A stretch of DNA of 64,000 nt from the NCBI RefSeq assembly GCF_018977255.1, contig NW_024704742.1:45758001-45822000 (forward strand). The letters run 5' to 3'. Each line of letters starts with the position of its first letter. The stretch's first letter is position 1. Below, one piece after another: positions 38,724 through 52,680 of the stretch. The notes beneath the pieces are model-generated. The model saw only the letters and a program-made list of their open reading frames with translations. It had not been told where the DNA came from and made no database searches. The stretch comes from Callorhinchus milii (Eukaryota). The translations under genes were made by a program, and so were the position numbers.

Positions 38724-39458
38724 TGTTAGAAAATAAAATCAGCCAAATCTGTAAGGAAATAACGCTAATTCCTCTAACCAGATATCAGACTGTTTTATTA
38801 TTATTCGTTCGTTATTCCCCAATATCCCGATGGGTCAGACCAAAGGCCGGTACAATCAACAGACCTTATAACAGAATAACACCACTATAGATATCTCGAG
38901 TTCCAAGAGTTCAACACTGTGTCTTTCCAGCACACAAGCTTGATTCTTCATGCTTTCAGTCTTCTTGCTTACAGCTTTCAATCTTCCATCTGATATCCTC
39001 AGTCTTAGTGTTTACAGCTCTCAGTCTTCCATCTCCGTACCCTTGTCTCCGCAGCCCGAGACGGTCCCATCTCCCGTATCCTTGTCTTCGCGACCCGGGA
39101 CGGCTCCATCTCCCGTATCCTTGTCTTCGCGACCCGGGACGGCTCCATCTCCTGTATCCTTGTCTCCGTGACCCGGGACGGCCCCGTAAATAAAGTTATC
39201 GGAACTCTTATACCGATCTTCGTCCAATCATGGTGCGGACATTAGATCACCTGTCGAAATCCTGCTGGATTCACGTGAACACTCATGGGGTGTACGTGCC
39301 TCACACACACAAACACACTGTCCTTGAGACAGTTCGTTATCTCGTGTACGTGCAGAGAGTTTCAGTCCAGCTGCCCACAACACACTTAACTTAAAAGTTA
39401 ACCCGTTCGCAACATCTATTGTGATTCTAACATTATACAAAAAGTGTAAATTCTAACA
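38724..39458 (-). repeat. 5' LTR
   Basis: TG..CA ends with 8-bp inverted termini; minus-strand ATTGG then TATAAG (~39207-39228); AATAAA near 38794-38799; 39-bp tandem array. Confidence 0.9.
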
Positions 39459-41459
39459 TGAATGAGAGCTAACTTTCTTCAATTGAACATCAACAAGACC
39501 GAAGCTGTCTTGATTGGCTCCAGTCAGTGCCTCCACAACTCAAGCGCTGACAGCATCACCATCCAAGGATGCACACTCTACCTTATTAAGCCAGTCCGGA
39601 ACCTTGGCATCTTGTTTGACCCTCTACTTTCCTTTCTACCCCATTTGGTACCATGACCTGCTCTGCCTTCCCCACCTCCGCAACATTGCCCAGCTCTGTC
39701 CCTGTCTCTCTCACACTGCAGGCCACCAAAATCCTCATACACGCATTCGTAACATCCAGGCTTGACTACGCAAATTCCTTGAGTGTTGGCCTCCCCAATT
39801 GCTCCCTCTATAGGTTGAAGATCATCCAGAACTCTGAAGCCTGTGTCCTCTCCCGCACCAAGCTCCATTATCCTATCATCCCCATCCTCACGCGACTCCG
39901 CTGACTTCCCATCACACAGAGGATACAATTCAAGATCATGGTCCTCACCTTCAAAGCCCTCCATGGCCTTGCTGCCCCCCTACCTCTGCAACCTCCTAAC
40001 TACCTACCAACCTGCCCGCTCCCTCTGCTCAGCCGGCTCCAGCCTGCTTCACGTCCACCATTGGCGGGCAGGCCTTCTGTCATTCTGCCCCCACCCTCTG
40101 GAACTCCATCCCACAGTCCCTCCACCTTGACCCCTTGATTGCCTCCTTCAAGACCCATCACCCTCATTCTCCCACTGCCCTCCCCGCCTGACCTCCATCT
40201 TGGATCTGAAACACTGACTGTCCAGTGCCTTGGGACATCCTACCGAGGTGAAAGGCACTATACAAATGTAATTTTGTTGTTGTTTATTTCTGATCTGGTA
40301 TGACAGTAGGCTCAAGTGTATGTCTCAGCTACTAAAGCATATCTGATCACATTCAAGCCAGATTTCCAATATTTCTTAATACGAAATGTGCAATTAATGA
40401 ATTTCTAAAACATAGAATAAGCTAAATAATCTATTAGCGGTAGAGTTTCTCCTCCACTTTAGTGAGCTTCCATATTAAAACATTTTAAAAACTCAAAGTC
40501 CAGATTTGTATATGAGCATTGAAAGTAATATGTTTATAATACAATCCAATTTACATTTTTATGGTGCCTTTTGAATCGGAGAGACATCTCAAAGAGCTTA
40601 ACACTGCAGGATGGGCAACTGTGCTGGGGGTGGAAGTTGAAGGAGGTGGGGAGAGAAAAGATGACTGAAAGACTGTCAAAGATAATATATAATATTATAT
40701 TTCTGAAATTTAGAAACTGTTCCACGTATATAACCCACCTGACTCTCAGTCATTGAAATATAACTGGAAGAAAGTATTTTATCTTGTCACGATTGCCCAA
40801 GTGTTTCAGTTCTCAGTATTCATTCTGCTTTAATAAATCAAAGGCTAAGACTATTGAATAATAGTTCTACTGGACGTTTGTCAGTACTACTCTTCTGCTG
40901 ACCCATCATGAGACATTGGAGTTAGCCATATGCTGATTGCTAAAAATTTAATAATAATCATTTCATTTGCCATAGCACCTTATTGCATTGTTGACTGCTA
41001 GACCTACTGAAAAGTGGTATCCCACAGCAATGTCCTGCGAACAGCCATGATATTTTTTGGGGGATTGTAGATCAGGACACTGGTAGAAATTCCCTTGTCT
41101 TTTCAAATAGTGCCATGAGATCTTTAACATCCACTTGAACAGGCAGACGGGACCTTAGTTTAACATCTCAAAATATATTTTATTTATGTCCTTTTGATGC
41201 AAACATCCGTTAGTAAAGGCATAACAAAAATAATCAATATTTTAATGATCAAAGGATGATAGATCACATTGTTGAGTCACTCAGAGGAATGAACTTTTGT
41301 CAGATTTCTCTTCCTCCCATTGCCCAATTAAGAATGTCAGAGCATAGCTGCAATCTAAGTTATGCATATAGATCAATGACTAGATTTGAATGTTGCTTTC
41401 CAATTTGGGATGATTGCTTTGTATGAATGTAAGTATTTTATAAATAGTAATTATCTATA

Positions 41460-41798
41460 AATTTAATAGTCTGCCTGTTCAAATGGATGTTAAAGAGTAA
41501 TTTGGTGGTGTGGACTTGAACCAAAAATAGCTGGATTGGGAATGTTGGAGGTGCCATCTTTTGCCAGATCAGGTGGACATTTAAGATTGCAAGGCACTAC
41601 TCAAAAACTGGCCAACAATACCCAAAATAAAATTCATCATTCACTTCATGGCTGTTTGTGAAAATTGCTCCGTGCATACTCGAATGTCACATTTGCCAAC
41701 AAAATAGAGAGTCATTACACAACAGTGTGTCCTGTGAACTGCTTTGAGACATCCTCATGTTGTGAAAGGCACTATATCAAATGTAAGGATTATTATTA
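41460..41798 (+). mobile_element. Old DeuSINE-type fragments
   Basis: ggaggtgccatcttt, caggtggacatttaagat, core and aaatgtaaggattattatt tail. Confidence 0.6.
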
Positions 41799-44700
41799 AT
41801 CAAAAGCCACCACAACCCATAGGTTAAATACGAGACATGGTGTCAACACTAAGAATAGTGTTGGTGGGTGGGGTTCACCTCCATCATATCTGGCTAATTC
41901 CTATTCAAAAACTTAAGAATCTCTTAATTTACATTGTATCTTACGCTCATTAATGTTGTACGAAATGTCTTCTTCTGTGTGCACAATACATTAAATTATG
42001 ATGCGATCAGGTATTGAGTTATTCATTTTATACACGGTTCATAGAGCAAGGTCTGGACTAATAGATTGTATTACACATTCAAATGTTGTGAAATATTCTT
42101 ATTCCAGTGGTAAGATTTACAACCGTCCCTTAATTTATGTAAATCATCCAAACTGATGCATTTTTATGAACTAAACTTATCTGTTTTGTGTGGCTTATAC
42201 TTCAGTTATGTAAGAAATGCTGCATCTATCAAAATCCCACCAGATCCAATTTGCATCTTATTCAGGATTTAAAGTAAGAGAATAATATAAGCTTATTTCA
42301 GGTCACAGAACTCTATTTCAGCTGGTTAGAAAAGGGTGCAGAGTTATCTCCCTGATATGTGTAACAACTAGAGGTGAGCTTGCATTATGGGTCTGGCTGT
42401 CAAAAAAAAACATATTACTCTATTACTGTATTGCATTAAATGCAGCACATTGTGAACTCAAAACCATTGTGGCTATCTTCTTTCTCTAGCATTTACATAA
42501 ATTGTACACCATTATTACTTAACATGATTTCAAACACTATTAAACACGCATGTAGGTTGTTAGAAAATGTTCCTAGACATGTGCTTGCACCAATGCATTG
42601 AAAATTATATTTGAGGATTATTCACTGTTTTGTTCAGCTCCCTTGCCTTGAAGTGTATGTTAAAAATCTACCTACATTTGCTCAATTTTATTGCTTTCTA
42701 GGCACGGTTTTCCACCAAGCTGATGTTTAAACTTTGATAAGACACAAATGTAGCCTGAAGAAACTTGTAACAAATTCTACATTTCACTCTTGAGAAAAAC
42801 AAGCTCAGCGATTCCCTGGGACATGGTTTTGGAACAAAACATGGAGGGGTGGGGGCTTCATGTTGGATATCATTCACGTACTTCTTCTTGCAGCATTGTT
42901 TTGGGAGGGGAACCATAAAATGCGAGGTATATGTTTTACCCAGTATCAGAATCAAGTACTCTGAGCCAGGAATAGAATGGCCAGAGGCAGAGTAAAGCTG
43001 TTTCTGCTGCTTCCTAACAAAATGCTTGAGACCCAATCTCAGAAGAACACTCTAACTGGATCAGTGTAATTTTTTTGAAATCTTACTTCAGCCATCCTTA
43101 TTGTCTCTACGAGTGAGATTGCTAACTTGTGCTGAGTTATGAGTAGTTTTGTACTATGAATCCAAGCTCACCAGCAATCCATTTTGTGTGGAATCCTTTC
43201 TGAAGCAGAATTTTATCCATCTATCAAACTAGATTTATAAATATGCCTCAGAGGTAAGGGGAGAGTTGAGAATGGCTCTTTACTTCCTCATTTTTCTCTT
43301 TCCTTTCGCTTCTCTCTTCAAGAATGCTTCAATAATAAATAAAAATTGGTCAACCACTCCATGGCTGTTTCTAGGTACATTGCTGAGCACAAACTGGCTG
43401 TTGTGTTTCACCCACATAACAACAACAACATTACATTTATAGAGAGCCTTTCACGTCGGGATCGCCTTTCACATAATATACACTGTACAGTAAATCCTGC
43501 GAAGACTTTGGGACACTTTGAAGAAGGGAAAAGACACTATATCAAATGCAAGAATTATTACAATTCTGCACTGACTTGCAGTCACTGCCAAACCATATTA
43601 ATAATCATTGCATTTGTCAAAGTGACCATTCTACACATACAAGTATAGCTCTACACCTACACACGGAAAGAATTCCCACCTGGGTCTAGATTTACTCTGT
43701 AGCTTTTTATGGCATGCAGAATTCTTTAATGCAACCTTCATTTTCAAGCCAGTTTTCTGTAAGTTTCTTTCAAGAGTGACCAAAAAGGACTTAAAAGTTG
43801 AGATTGAATTCAATAATTTATCAAATTCTGGATGCTCTGAAATACTATTTGAGTAAACTATTTAAATTGTGCATAAACGCAAATTAATCTGAATCTTTTC
43901 TCATTGTCCGTTACACATGCATACTTTCAGCATAGAATCTGAATTCAGATCAGTCAGCAGTTAACAATCAGGATTTTTCCTTCCTTACTGCAGGCGTTTT
44001 GCATACCCTTATCACTTCACCACCAGTGATGAGCTAACTCATCATAGAGCAGGGATCAAATCTGGGGCATTCTTAGTTTGTATGACCATGCTGATGTTTC
44101 AAGCTATTTATTTTAAAGTCTTGTATTCATCCTTAAATAAAGATTGTCTTTTTGCAGTAATTTCAGTGTGCTTTTCCTAAATATATCTGCCTTTCAACTA
44201 CTTAAAGGAGTTTTTTGCTTTTGTATAGCACTAACCACGCAAAAGAATGTTTTGAAAATCATATTCAATAATACAATTGGTATTCACTCAAAGAGAGTGA
44301 GTATCAATTATACTGGAGGATACATTTTCTTTTATATTTGCGATAATAAGGCATCCTAGAGCTTTGAGTATTTGGTTGCACTGGCTAGATTCTGTGCTGA
44401 AAGGAACGATTAATAGACTAGCATTTTTAATGAGAATCAAATTAAAAACAGGTAAACTATACAAATAACAGAACATTATGCACATAATAATCACAAAATG
44501 ATACTAATTTTTCCATTTCAAATGGTGCTTTATCAGGTCATCAAAATGTGTATTTTTAGGATTTTGCTTTTAAGTAAACCTGTGTACTTGTAGGCAAATA
44601 CAGCAGCCAATTTACACACAGCAATGTCTGCCACATGGAAAATTATCACCATGCTTAAGAGAATCCATACCAGACTGGGAGTTACACATATGAATTCAGC

Positions 44701-47700
44701 TACACATAAACATTTTACCATACAATCTCTCCCTGGAAGGTCATATCTTGCTTACGTAATTCAGGAGAATATTAGACAAGGCTGGCAAAAGCCAAGGCTT
44801 CGGGACTCCAGAGTACATGTTTTGGGAATACTGCTGGAGTTCAACCAGCTAAAACTGTATAGCTTACCATTGAGAGTGCTGTCTGGCTTCCTACTGCTTA
44901 TTTCTTACTGGGATTTACTCTAGTAACTAGAAGTAAATCACATAGACCTCCAGGAAATATATTCCAACACTCCAATTTACTTGCGGAGCAGAGTTCCCGC
45001 AGGTGGACAGGAATTCTAACAGGATTCCATATTAAGGAATACAGTTAACAAATAAAACATTAGATTCAATGATACATAAATGTTGTTTTGTTACCAGAGA
45101 CTTTGTTGTCTGTAATAAATTTACTAGGTTGGGTGATCTTAATTCTGTGATTGGGAAGAAATTGCACAACAAGACTGAATCACCTTAACAGAAAGTAAGT
45201 CATTCTTAAAGAACACTTGGAAATGATTGAAATAGGATTGGGTAGTACTGTAGGTTAGTACCATCCTTTCTACAAACACACCTGCTAGTTATTGGCTCTT
45301 ATATTGTGTAACATAGAGTTACAACAACAATAACTTGCATTTAATATAGCACCCTTCAAGTGGGGTAGTATCCCATGAGCTTCAAAGCAGGCCATTCAGC
45401 CTAACTAGTCATTGCTTGTGTTTATTCCACACAAGCCCACTCCTCCTATTCCCCTCACTTATACCCTGCTTTTCCATTCTCCCTTACGTATTCATCATGT
45501 TTTTTCTTAAATATCTTGATGCTATTTGCTTCAACCACAGCTTTAAACAATGAGTTCCACATTCTCACCACACTCTACAAAAGAAGATCCTCCTAAATTC
45601 CCAATTAGAACTACCACAAGTTATCTTATAATTGTATTTATGCTCTCTAGTGTGAAGAAAGTTATGTGAAGAAAGTTTGGGTATTCTCATGTTAGTTGCT
45701 GTTGGGAAAAAGGACAATATCCCCAAACTGACTGCAGTTTGTCACAAAAATATATGTCAAAATTTATTTCATGTGTCACTGGTGATATTTATCATAACAC
45801 CATAGAATGTTGTTAAAATCTGTCCTTAATCTTGTTAATGACAGATTTAAGACAGAACCCTCGAACTCCCACAACCACACACACATATGCATGATTCCTG
45901 AAGAACAGTTTCGCCTACAGGTTTTTATGCCCGGGCACTGCTGATGGTGGAGTCAAGGGTCATCTGCAGCACTTGGAGAGGCAGACAGAGGTTGTTGGGG
46001 TTCTTCTCACTCAGCTCATATTAATCTTGCAAGCCAAAGCCCGAAAGGGTAGAGTGGTCCAAGCTGGACAAGCAATGGGAATTGAATATTGCTCTCAATG
46101 GCAAACTATGCAGTTTTAACTGATTAAATTCTAGCAGTATCCAACTGAATACCTTGGGGCCCTTGCCAATCTATGCTTCATATAGTACTCTAGATAAAGC
46201 TAGGATTTAGATAAGCAGGGTGCATCCCTCTGGGGAGAGAGTGCTCAGGGAAATATAGGTAGCATATATAAGTGGAACTGTGCCTGGTTTGGATTCTTTT
46301 AAGCATGGTAATGCATGTGGGAGACAGCCAACTGACCAAAAAATACAGTAACTCCAGAGTAAGTCTGAAGGTTGTTTTGCACATCGAATTATTCCCACTA
46401 TGTTGCAATCTAAGAAGATGGTAATGCTTGGGACGTTTCAGCAAAGTTTCAGTGTAACCACTATTCAGAAATCGGAGAAGGGGAGTATTTGAACACTGTT
46501 TCTTCAATAATGCATGTCATGGACTGTATTGTTAATGTTTATTTGCACACTTGTATATGTATACAATAAGACCAATTATAATGCGACCACTTAGATCCAT
46601 AAAATCAGACATCTCGCTGGTCATGTTATAACAATGGCGACCAGTCAACACCTGTGTCATTAGATCACTGCTGATATCAGTAAATCACACTGTGGATGCG
46701 TGATGGTGAACAACCACCATTCTCCTGAGTGTATGACTCCAGGCAGCCTTCTGTGCCTACACAATAAGCACAAGAAGTGACCAATGAATGCCAGAAGCTG
46801 GAAGGTTTTCGCACTTCCTGTGTACTCCCTTGTGCCCCTATGTTATTTATGGACTGACATTATATGTGAGGCCATTATAGCAGGATTTGACTGTGTTTAG
46901 TTATTTTCATCTCTTTGTGCTAATATCCTCCATTTAAAGTTAATTTGTTGTTGGAGTGGCACAAAACCATGCGAAATTCATTGCAAACAATTATTCTGGG
47001 TGATTGTTAACCCTCTGGCTAACTTCTTGGCAAGAATGATAAGTTTAACTACAGATCCCTTACCACCAATGACAGTTCAGAAACACTGAATATTATAAAA
47101 TCATTCATATAAAATAAAATGTCAATTTCAAGTGTATGAAAAATAAATACCATGAAATGGAATAAAAGTACATATAGAACAAATGGAAGTGATGTGACAC
47201 CTAGTAATGTCATGCCATTATAAAGGAGGCGATATCATGAAATACATTGTTCTGAACTGTATTTGCTTGAATGCTTGTGTACCCTGAAAAGGGGAAATTG
47301 TTCATGGTGTTTGTCACTGTTATTGAAGTATAGTCATCAATTCTTAGAGAAGAAAATTAGATAGATAGTTGTAAAAGAGGAATATTAAAAGGTATTAGGA
47401 GTGAATAAGAGAGATGAAGTAGGAATTACGAATAGATTAGATGACTCATATGCAGATATGCTGGGCTGAATGTTCTGTTTCTGTGCTGTAACATCCTGTG
47501 AATCTCTGATATCCTGGGCTGATAAACTAGCCCATTGTGCAATAAGGAATCCACAGAATTCCTGATACAATTTATCTGTAAAATACTCCGGAATAAAATA
47601 TGCACACCGTTCTTTTTTCACATAAACTGCTAATCGCTGACAATTTAACAGCTTCATTTATTTATGTTACTGAAGCTATATCACATGCTTTGGCACTAAG

Positions 47701-49639
47701 ATGTGGTAAATATATTGTCACTAAGGTACTCTGTTGCTAAGCAGGCACAAAATGTGCATTTTCCAAGTAAATGCTCCGATATCAATGTACAGTATAGAAT
47801 AATAGCTGATTTGGAAGTGCATTGCAAGAATATAAAACAACCTAATAGAAAACATGAGATTGAAACTTCAATGATTTATACATTCACAGTCACGAGATTT
47901 ACTATCGCTCGTAATGCACATTTCCAGACAGTTGTTTTCTAAAATATATTTTTGCATTTATTTTGAGCTTTTTATAATCTTCTGGCTCCACAATCAAATG
48001 CTGTTCAGACTTTTAACATCTACTTCACTGTTACAATGTTTTTATCTTTCTTTGCCAGGAGGTTGAGTTCTGATATTTTTCCATTGCACTGTTGTTAATG
48101 CATTTTGACCAGTCAAGAAAAGTTTGTAATGTTGGATAATTAAGTGACCACGTGATCAGAAGAGAAAAAAAAATTGTTCACTTCTGATATCCGCTACCAT
48201 AACCAGAGATTTTGCCAGTTTATATATAACCTATTTTTGGAACATTTTTATTCGATCTTAAGATAAGACATCAGCAGTTTGATATATCTTAAAACATAGG
48301 ATCCCTCACATCTCCTTCAGAGCACGTTTTTCTGGTAGCTATAAAAATCTTACTGAAGTCTAATACAAGCCTTTTCCCCTACAAAATCCTGCAGTGATTT
48401 GTCACAGAGCTATGGATAATGGTCTTGCAGTGTCACAAGCAGTTTGTGGAATGTCTCTGTTTCTCACAGAAATGCATTAGTCGGATGCAAAAAGTCCCAA
48501 AGCTTATGAAAAGCTACTTTTCCTGTCCAGTGCACTTACATAAAGCTTATATATTAACTTCAGGCACAAAGTCTGTTAGAAGGCAGTCCAGAGCAACAAG
48601 TTGATCTGACCTGGAGCAGTTAAACTACATCCTGCAATATCACGAAACAGTCAAACCTTGTTATTACAAACTACGGTTGAGGGATAATCTGAATCCAAAA
48701 CCCGGGAGCTTATTCACAAAACTAGGTTAAGTGTATGTTATTTGATGCATGCTGTAAATGGACATTGAAAATGAATTGTCTATTTTGTTCTGCAGCGTTA
48801 TAATATATTCTATTCTCTATAAAGACATTTGTAGGTATCTAATTAAAGCATAGTAGATTGCAACAATCTCATTGCTTTGCGGAGCATATAATGTAATCAC
48901 GTTACATATTATGTCACTTACCAATACAGGCCATTTGTTTATGTGCTTGTTGGCATCTCTAGGTGTGCAGTCAATGGATTAGGGAAGGTTACAGAATATC
49001 TCCAATTAAAATCAGTGGGGTTTTTTGCTGATGTTTAAGGCAGTAAGGACATTTAGAACTAAAATACTTTTCAAAGATATTGTAGCAGACATGCAAAAGA
49101 ATATGTTTGTGTATAGAGACCAACAAGTGACGATTCCTATCAAGATTACTTGGTAAAGGAACCAGAAGGAAGTCACGCTGACTTACAGGAAGTTCGACTC
49201 TCACATGATGTTAACTCAGAATGGATGGTGTCTGCAACATATGTTTGGTTACTAAAAGAGGTTCCCACTCAATTTCCTTAATAAGGAATTAGATATCGGG
49301 AAATATTAAAACCCTTTTCCATAACTTGCTCTCACATCTGGTTGAATGCTTAGTTTAGGTGCAATATCATGCCAGCTTATTAACCATCAAGGTTGGCTAT
49401 TAAAATTACCTTTGTCTTGTCCTGAACTGGAGTAATGTACTGATGCGGGTGGGACATTTTCATTTGTAAAAAAATCTTTGTCCTGCGATAAGCTACTTGG
49501 CAAAAATTTTTTTACTGAAAATGGAGGCATCCAAGAGTGTGAGCTCTCTCCAATGATTCAAATGCAATGAATGCTCAGCTAGGAGGCTCAAATATAAGAG
49601 ATAGAACTCCCCAGTACTCTTGTAGATTAAAGCACCACT

Positions 49640-50000
49640 AGCTTGTTCAGCTCTATGTCAAACAGAATAGAGATTTGCAGGTTTGAATTCCAGTCTCTAC
49701 TGAGTAAGTTGATTGCTGCTGATAGCAGTGGGTGCTGCACTTGGCTTGAACATTCTCTGACCTTGATGTGAAATCAAGGCTCTATGCTTGTGGTAACTGT
49801 CCATTTCAGAATTTTTGCTGAAATTTGTACATCTGTGAACAATTGGGCGTCAACAGATTTAGCCTTCGGCAGTGATGTTTTATGATTGAATTGCTGATAA
49901 TGTATGCTCAATATATGGCTCTTGGACAAGAAACCATAGGGTGGGCATCACCTGAAGAAGTAAACCCAACAGAGTTTCAATGCTTTCAGGAAAAGAGGTT
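49640..50000 (+). mobile_element. AmnSINE2-like relic
   Basis: caggtttgaattccagtctctactgagtaagttgat.. and 3' cccaacagagtttcaatgctttcagga resemble the family as I recall it; fragments also near 18860, 44020 (-) and 58520 (-). Confidence 0.5.
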
Positions 50001-50087
50001 TTGTTTAATGTTTAATTTGTCTTCATAAATATTTACAAAAGGTTTTCAAAGATGGTTTTCCAGCAAAGGAGAAATCTTAGCCAGTTC

Positions 50088-50386
50088 AACTGGACTGGTA
50101 GTAAATGTTTCCCAAACGTTAGCTACAAGTGGTAGAAAACTGCACATAATCTTATAACTGTATAATGGGTTTTTGATTCATCCAGTGCAAAAAAAATGCA
50201 AGATGTGCTGCAATTTAAGATAATAATAATCCTTGCATTTGATATTATCATTATCTTAAATTGCAGAACATCTTGCATTTCTTTTGCACTGGATGACTCA
50301 AAAACCCGTTATACAGTTATTATAAGATTATTTGCAGTTTTCTGCCACTTGTAGCTATCCTTTGGGAAACATTTACTACCAGTCTA

Positions 50387-50389
<3 letters not shown>
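50088..50389. repeat. Long inverted repeat (143/146-bp arms, 13-nt loop)
   Basis: Arms 50088-50230 and 50244-50389, about 10 mismatches plus one 3-bp indel by eye. Confidence 0.95.

Positions 50390-50422
<33 letters not shown>
50388..50422 (+). repeat. (TTA)n microsatellite
   Basis: Direct reading. Confidence 0.95.
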
Positions 50423-52054
50423 AGATTACAGGCAACAAAATCATCAAACTTATCTGGAAATTCTTTTGATCTTCAGATCTGTGCTTGGATTGAATTCTTG
50501 TGCCCAAGGATCTTTGCACTTGAATCCTTCCAGAAACACAGCAAAAGCTTCTCATGTTTTACAAAAATGAACTGCTTTGTTTTGGTTATGTCCTTTTCAC
50601 AGTTTCTAAAATATGTGCCATTTCAGCACAGAATATCAAGTAAACTCATTACATCAGGGAAGACTCCCAGCTGACCTAGAAGAACTCTTCTTCCTACATT
50701 CACAAAGGAAAAAACCCAAAAGATTAAACAAGAGCTAGCATTGAAGTAAAGATTGCTGGCAATAAAACAGGATACCAAACACTGTAGCAGAAGCATCACA
50801 CTTGGAATAAAGGATGGGATGGTTATTTGATAAGTAATGCCAATTACTGCAATTAAAATACATTGATCCTATTTGAATTGCCAATATTTATCAGCATCAT
50901 ATTTTTAAAACTATGATTATTGCAATATGATTCATATAGTAAAACTGCCAGTGAAACAATTTTTTACACAATTTGTAACCTGCAATTTGCAACCTGCAAT
51001 TTGCAACCTGCACCTATTAGTGGAATTAGGTGTGAAGAGTGAGTTCCTCCAGAGAAAAAGGGCACATTGAATTCCAGACGCAGGGAAATTTCCATGTATA
51101 TATGGAGGTTTTAGTCTGGTTGGAATATTCTGAACTATGGAGTTGAGTTTCTGTGTGTGTCAAACATCTAGATGACTAAAACAAAAATATTTAAATATGT
51201 AACATAATCACATGATTGGCCCAATATATCTATAGATGTAAAATGTTCCCTAAATACATGGTCAAATTTGATGCACAATTCAGAAAGGTTCGTATTTATG
51301 CAGTCTGTTTGGTTTCCCCAAGTAATCGTTCTGACAAAAAAATTCCCCTCTGACAAAAATTACCAACATTATCCTTTTTGAAGAGGACTCTATAAATGCA
51401 ACTTGTTCTAATTTATTTTTGTGAACATCTTAAATTTGCACCCTCAGATGACTAACTCGCTGACCAGTGAAAATAATTTATTCGTGTTTATTCTAGTTGG
51501 TGTTACGGTATAAAACTGAAGAGATTTTAGTAGCCTTTTCGGCTTTAACATGTTTCTGCTTCCCGATCCTGCTCTATTTAAGTGCTATTGAATGGCTAGA
51601 TGCTTCATCACTGTTATTGGATCTGTTTCTTATCTTTCACTAATTTTTATTTGTTGTGGCTTGTGACTGTGAACATTACAATTTCCCTAGATATACAATC
51701 AAATTGGACAATTAAGCACAACAATATTTTTGGCACTGCTTGTCACTAGAAAACACTCAGTCAAACTGACAGATAACTAGCAAACCCCCAGAGGCTAATA
51801 CAAACAAATAGATATGCAGTGAGGAATGAAAGTGAAAATATGCAAGTGTCCTTGTGTTGCTTCAGTTTATATACTGATCGATTGGAGCGTCCATTTATAA
51901 TTTGTAGACTGAGATACAATTAAACTTAAATACTCAGGCGTTGGGGAAATTGATATTGTTCAAAGATAAATTATTAAGTGGATGGGCTAAGTATTGAGAT
52001 GCAATTTCATGTGGCTATAAGTACATTTATCAGCATTGGTGCTGGAAACATAAT

Positions 52055-52680
52055 AATAACAACTTGCACTTATATAGCGCCCTCCACTCAGGGTAGCGTC
52101 TCAGTGCGCTTAACAGTGGCGGAGCCTGACTCTGAACGGGAGGTAGGGGCGGTGGTAGGGGAGGTGGCCGTAAGGTGCGGTTGAAGAGGAAGGTTTTCAG
52201 GCAGTGCTTGAAAAAGTGGAGAAAGTGGGCAAGGCCGAAGGTTTGAGGGAGAGTGTTTCAGAGTTTTGGTGCATAGTGGCTGAAAGTGCGCCCTCCGATG
52301 GTGGGGCGGAGGGTTTGAGGGATGAGCAGGAATCGGGTGCCAGTTGAGCAGAGGCACTATGTGGTGGAGTGGGAAGTGAGGAGGTCGGAGAGATAGGGAG
52401 GTGCCAGAAAGTGAAGGGATTTGAACACGAGTGTGAGGATCTTGACGCTGATCCGTTCGGTGATGGGGAGTCAGTGGAGCCTGGTCAGAACTGGTGAGAT
52501 ATGGGTGTGGAGTTTGTATGTGGGCAAGTATGTGGGTGAAAGAGTTCTGAATGAGCTGGATCTTTTGAATAGCGGACTCTGGAGATCGGCGAGGAGTGGG
52601 TTTGAGTAATCCCAGCTAAAGGCGACAAACGCATACACAAGGGTTTCGGCTTCATTTGGGGTAAGATACGTTCAGAGGCA
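52055..52680 (-). mobile_element. L2 3' fragment
   Basis: Reverse-complement tail and G-rich RT C-terminal remnants. Confidence 0.8.

Larger units (their letters stand above)
37267..39458 (-). mobile_element. Non-autonomous LTR retroelement (ERV-derived or TRIM-like), no coding capacity
   Basis: Two ~730-bp direct repeats with TGTTAGAA..TTCTAACA termini, PBS, PPT, TSD tgga/tgaa, 729-bp internal region with no ORF of its own. Confidence 0.93.
35570..40285 (+). mobile_element. Degenerate L2 interrupted by an LTR element at 37267-39458
   Basis: [25 protein letters not shown] in broken frames; reading resumes (DIKCW|MRANFLQLN) across the insertion; L2 tail near 40225-40285. Confidence 0.92.

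Noticed and set aside
42698..43036. 112-aa minus-strand ORF
   Set aside because: Non-ATG start, no recognisable domain or convincing splice context
50978..51012. Short 14-bp tandem repeat
   Set aside because: Ordinary slippage duplication
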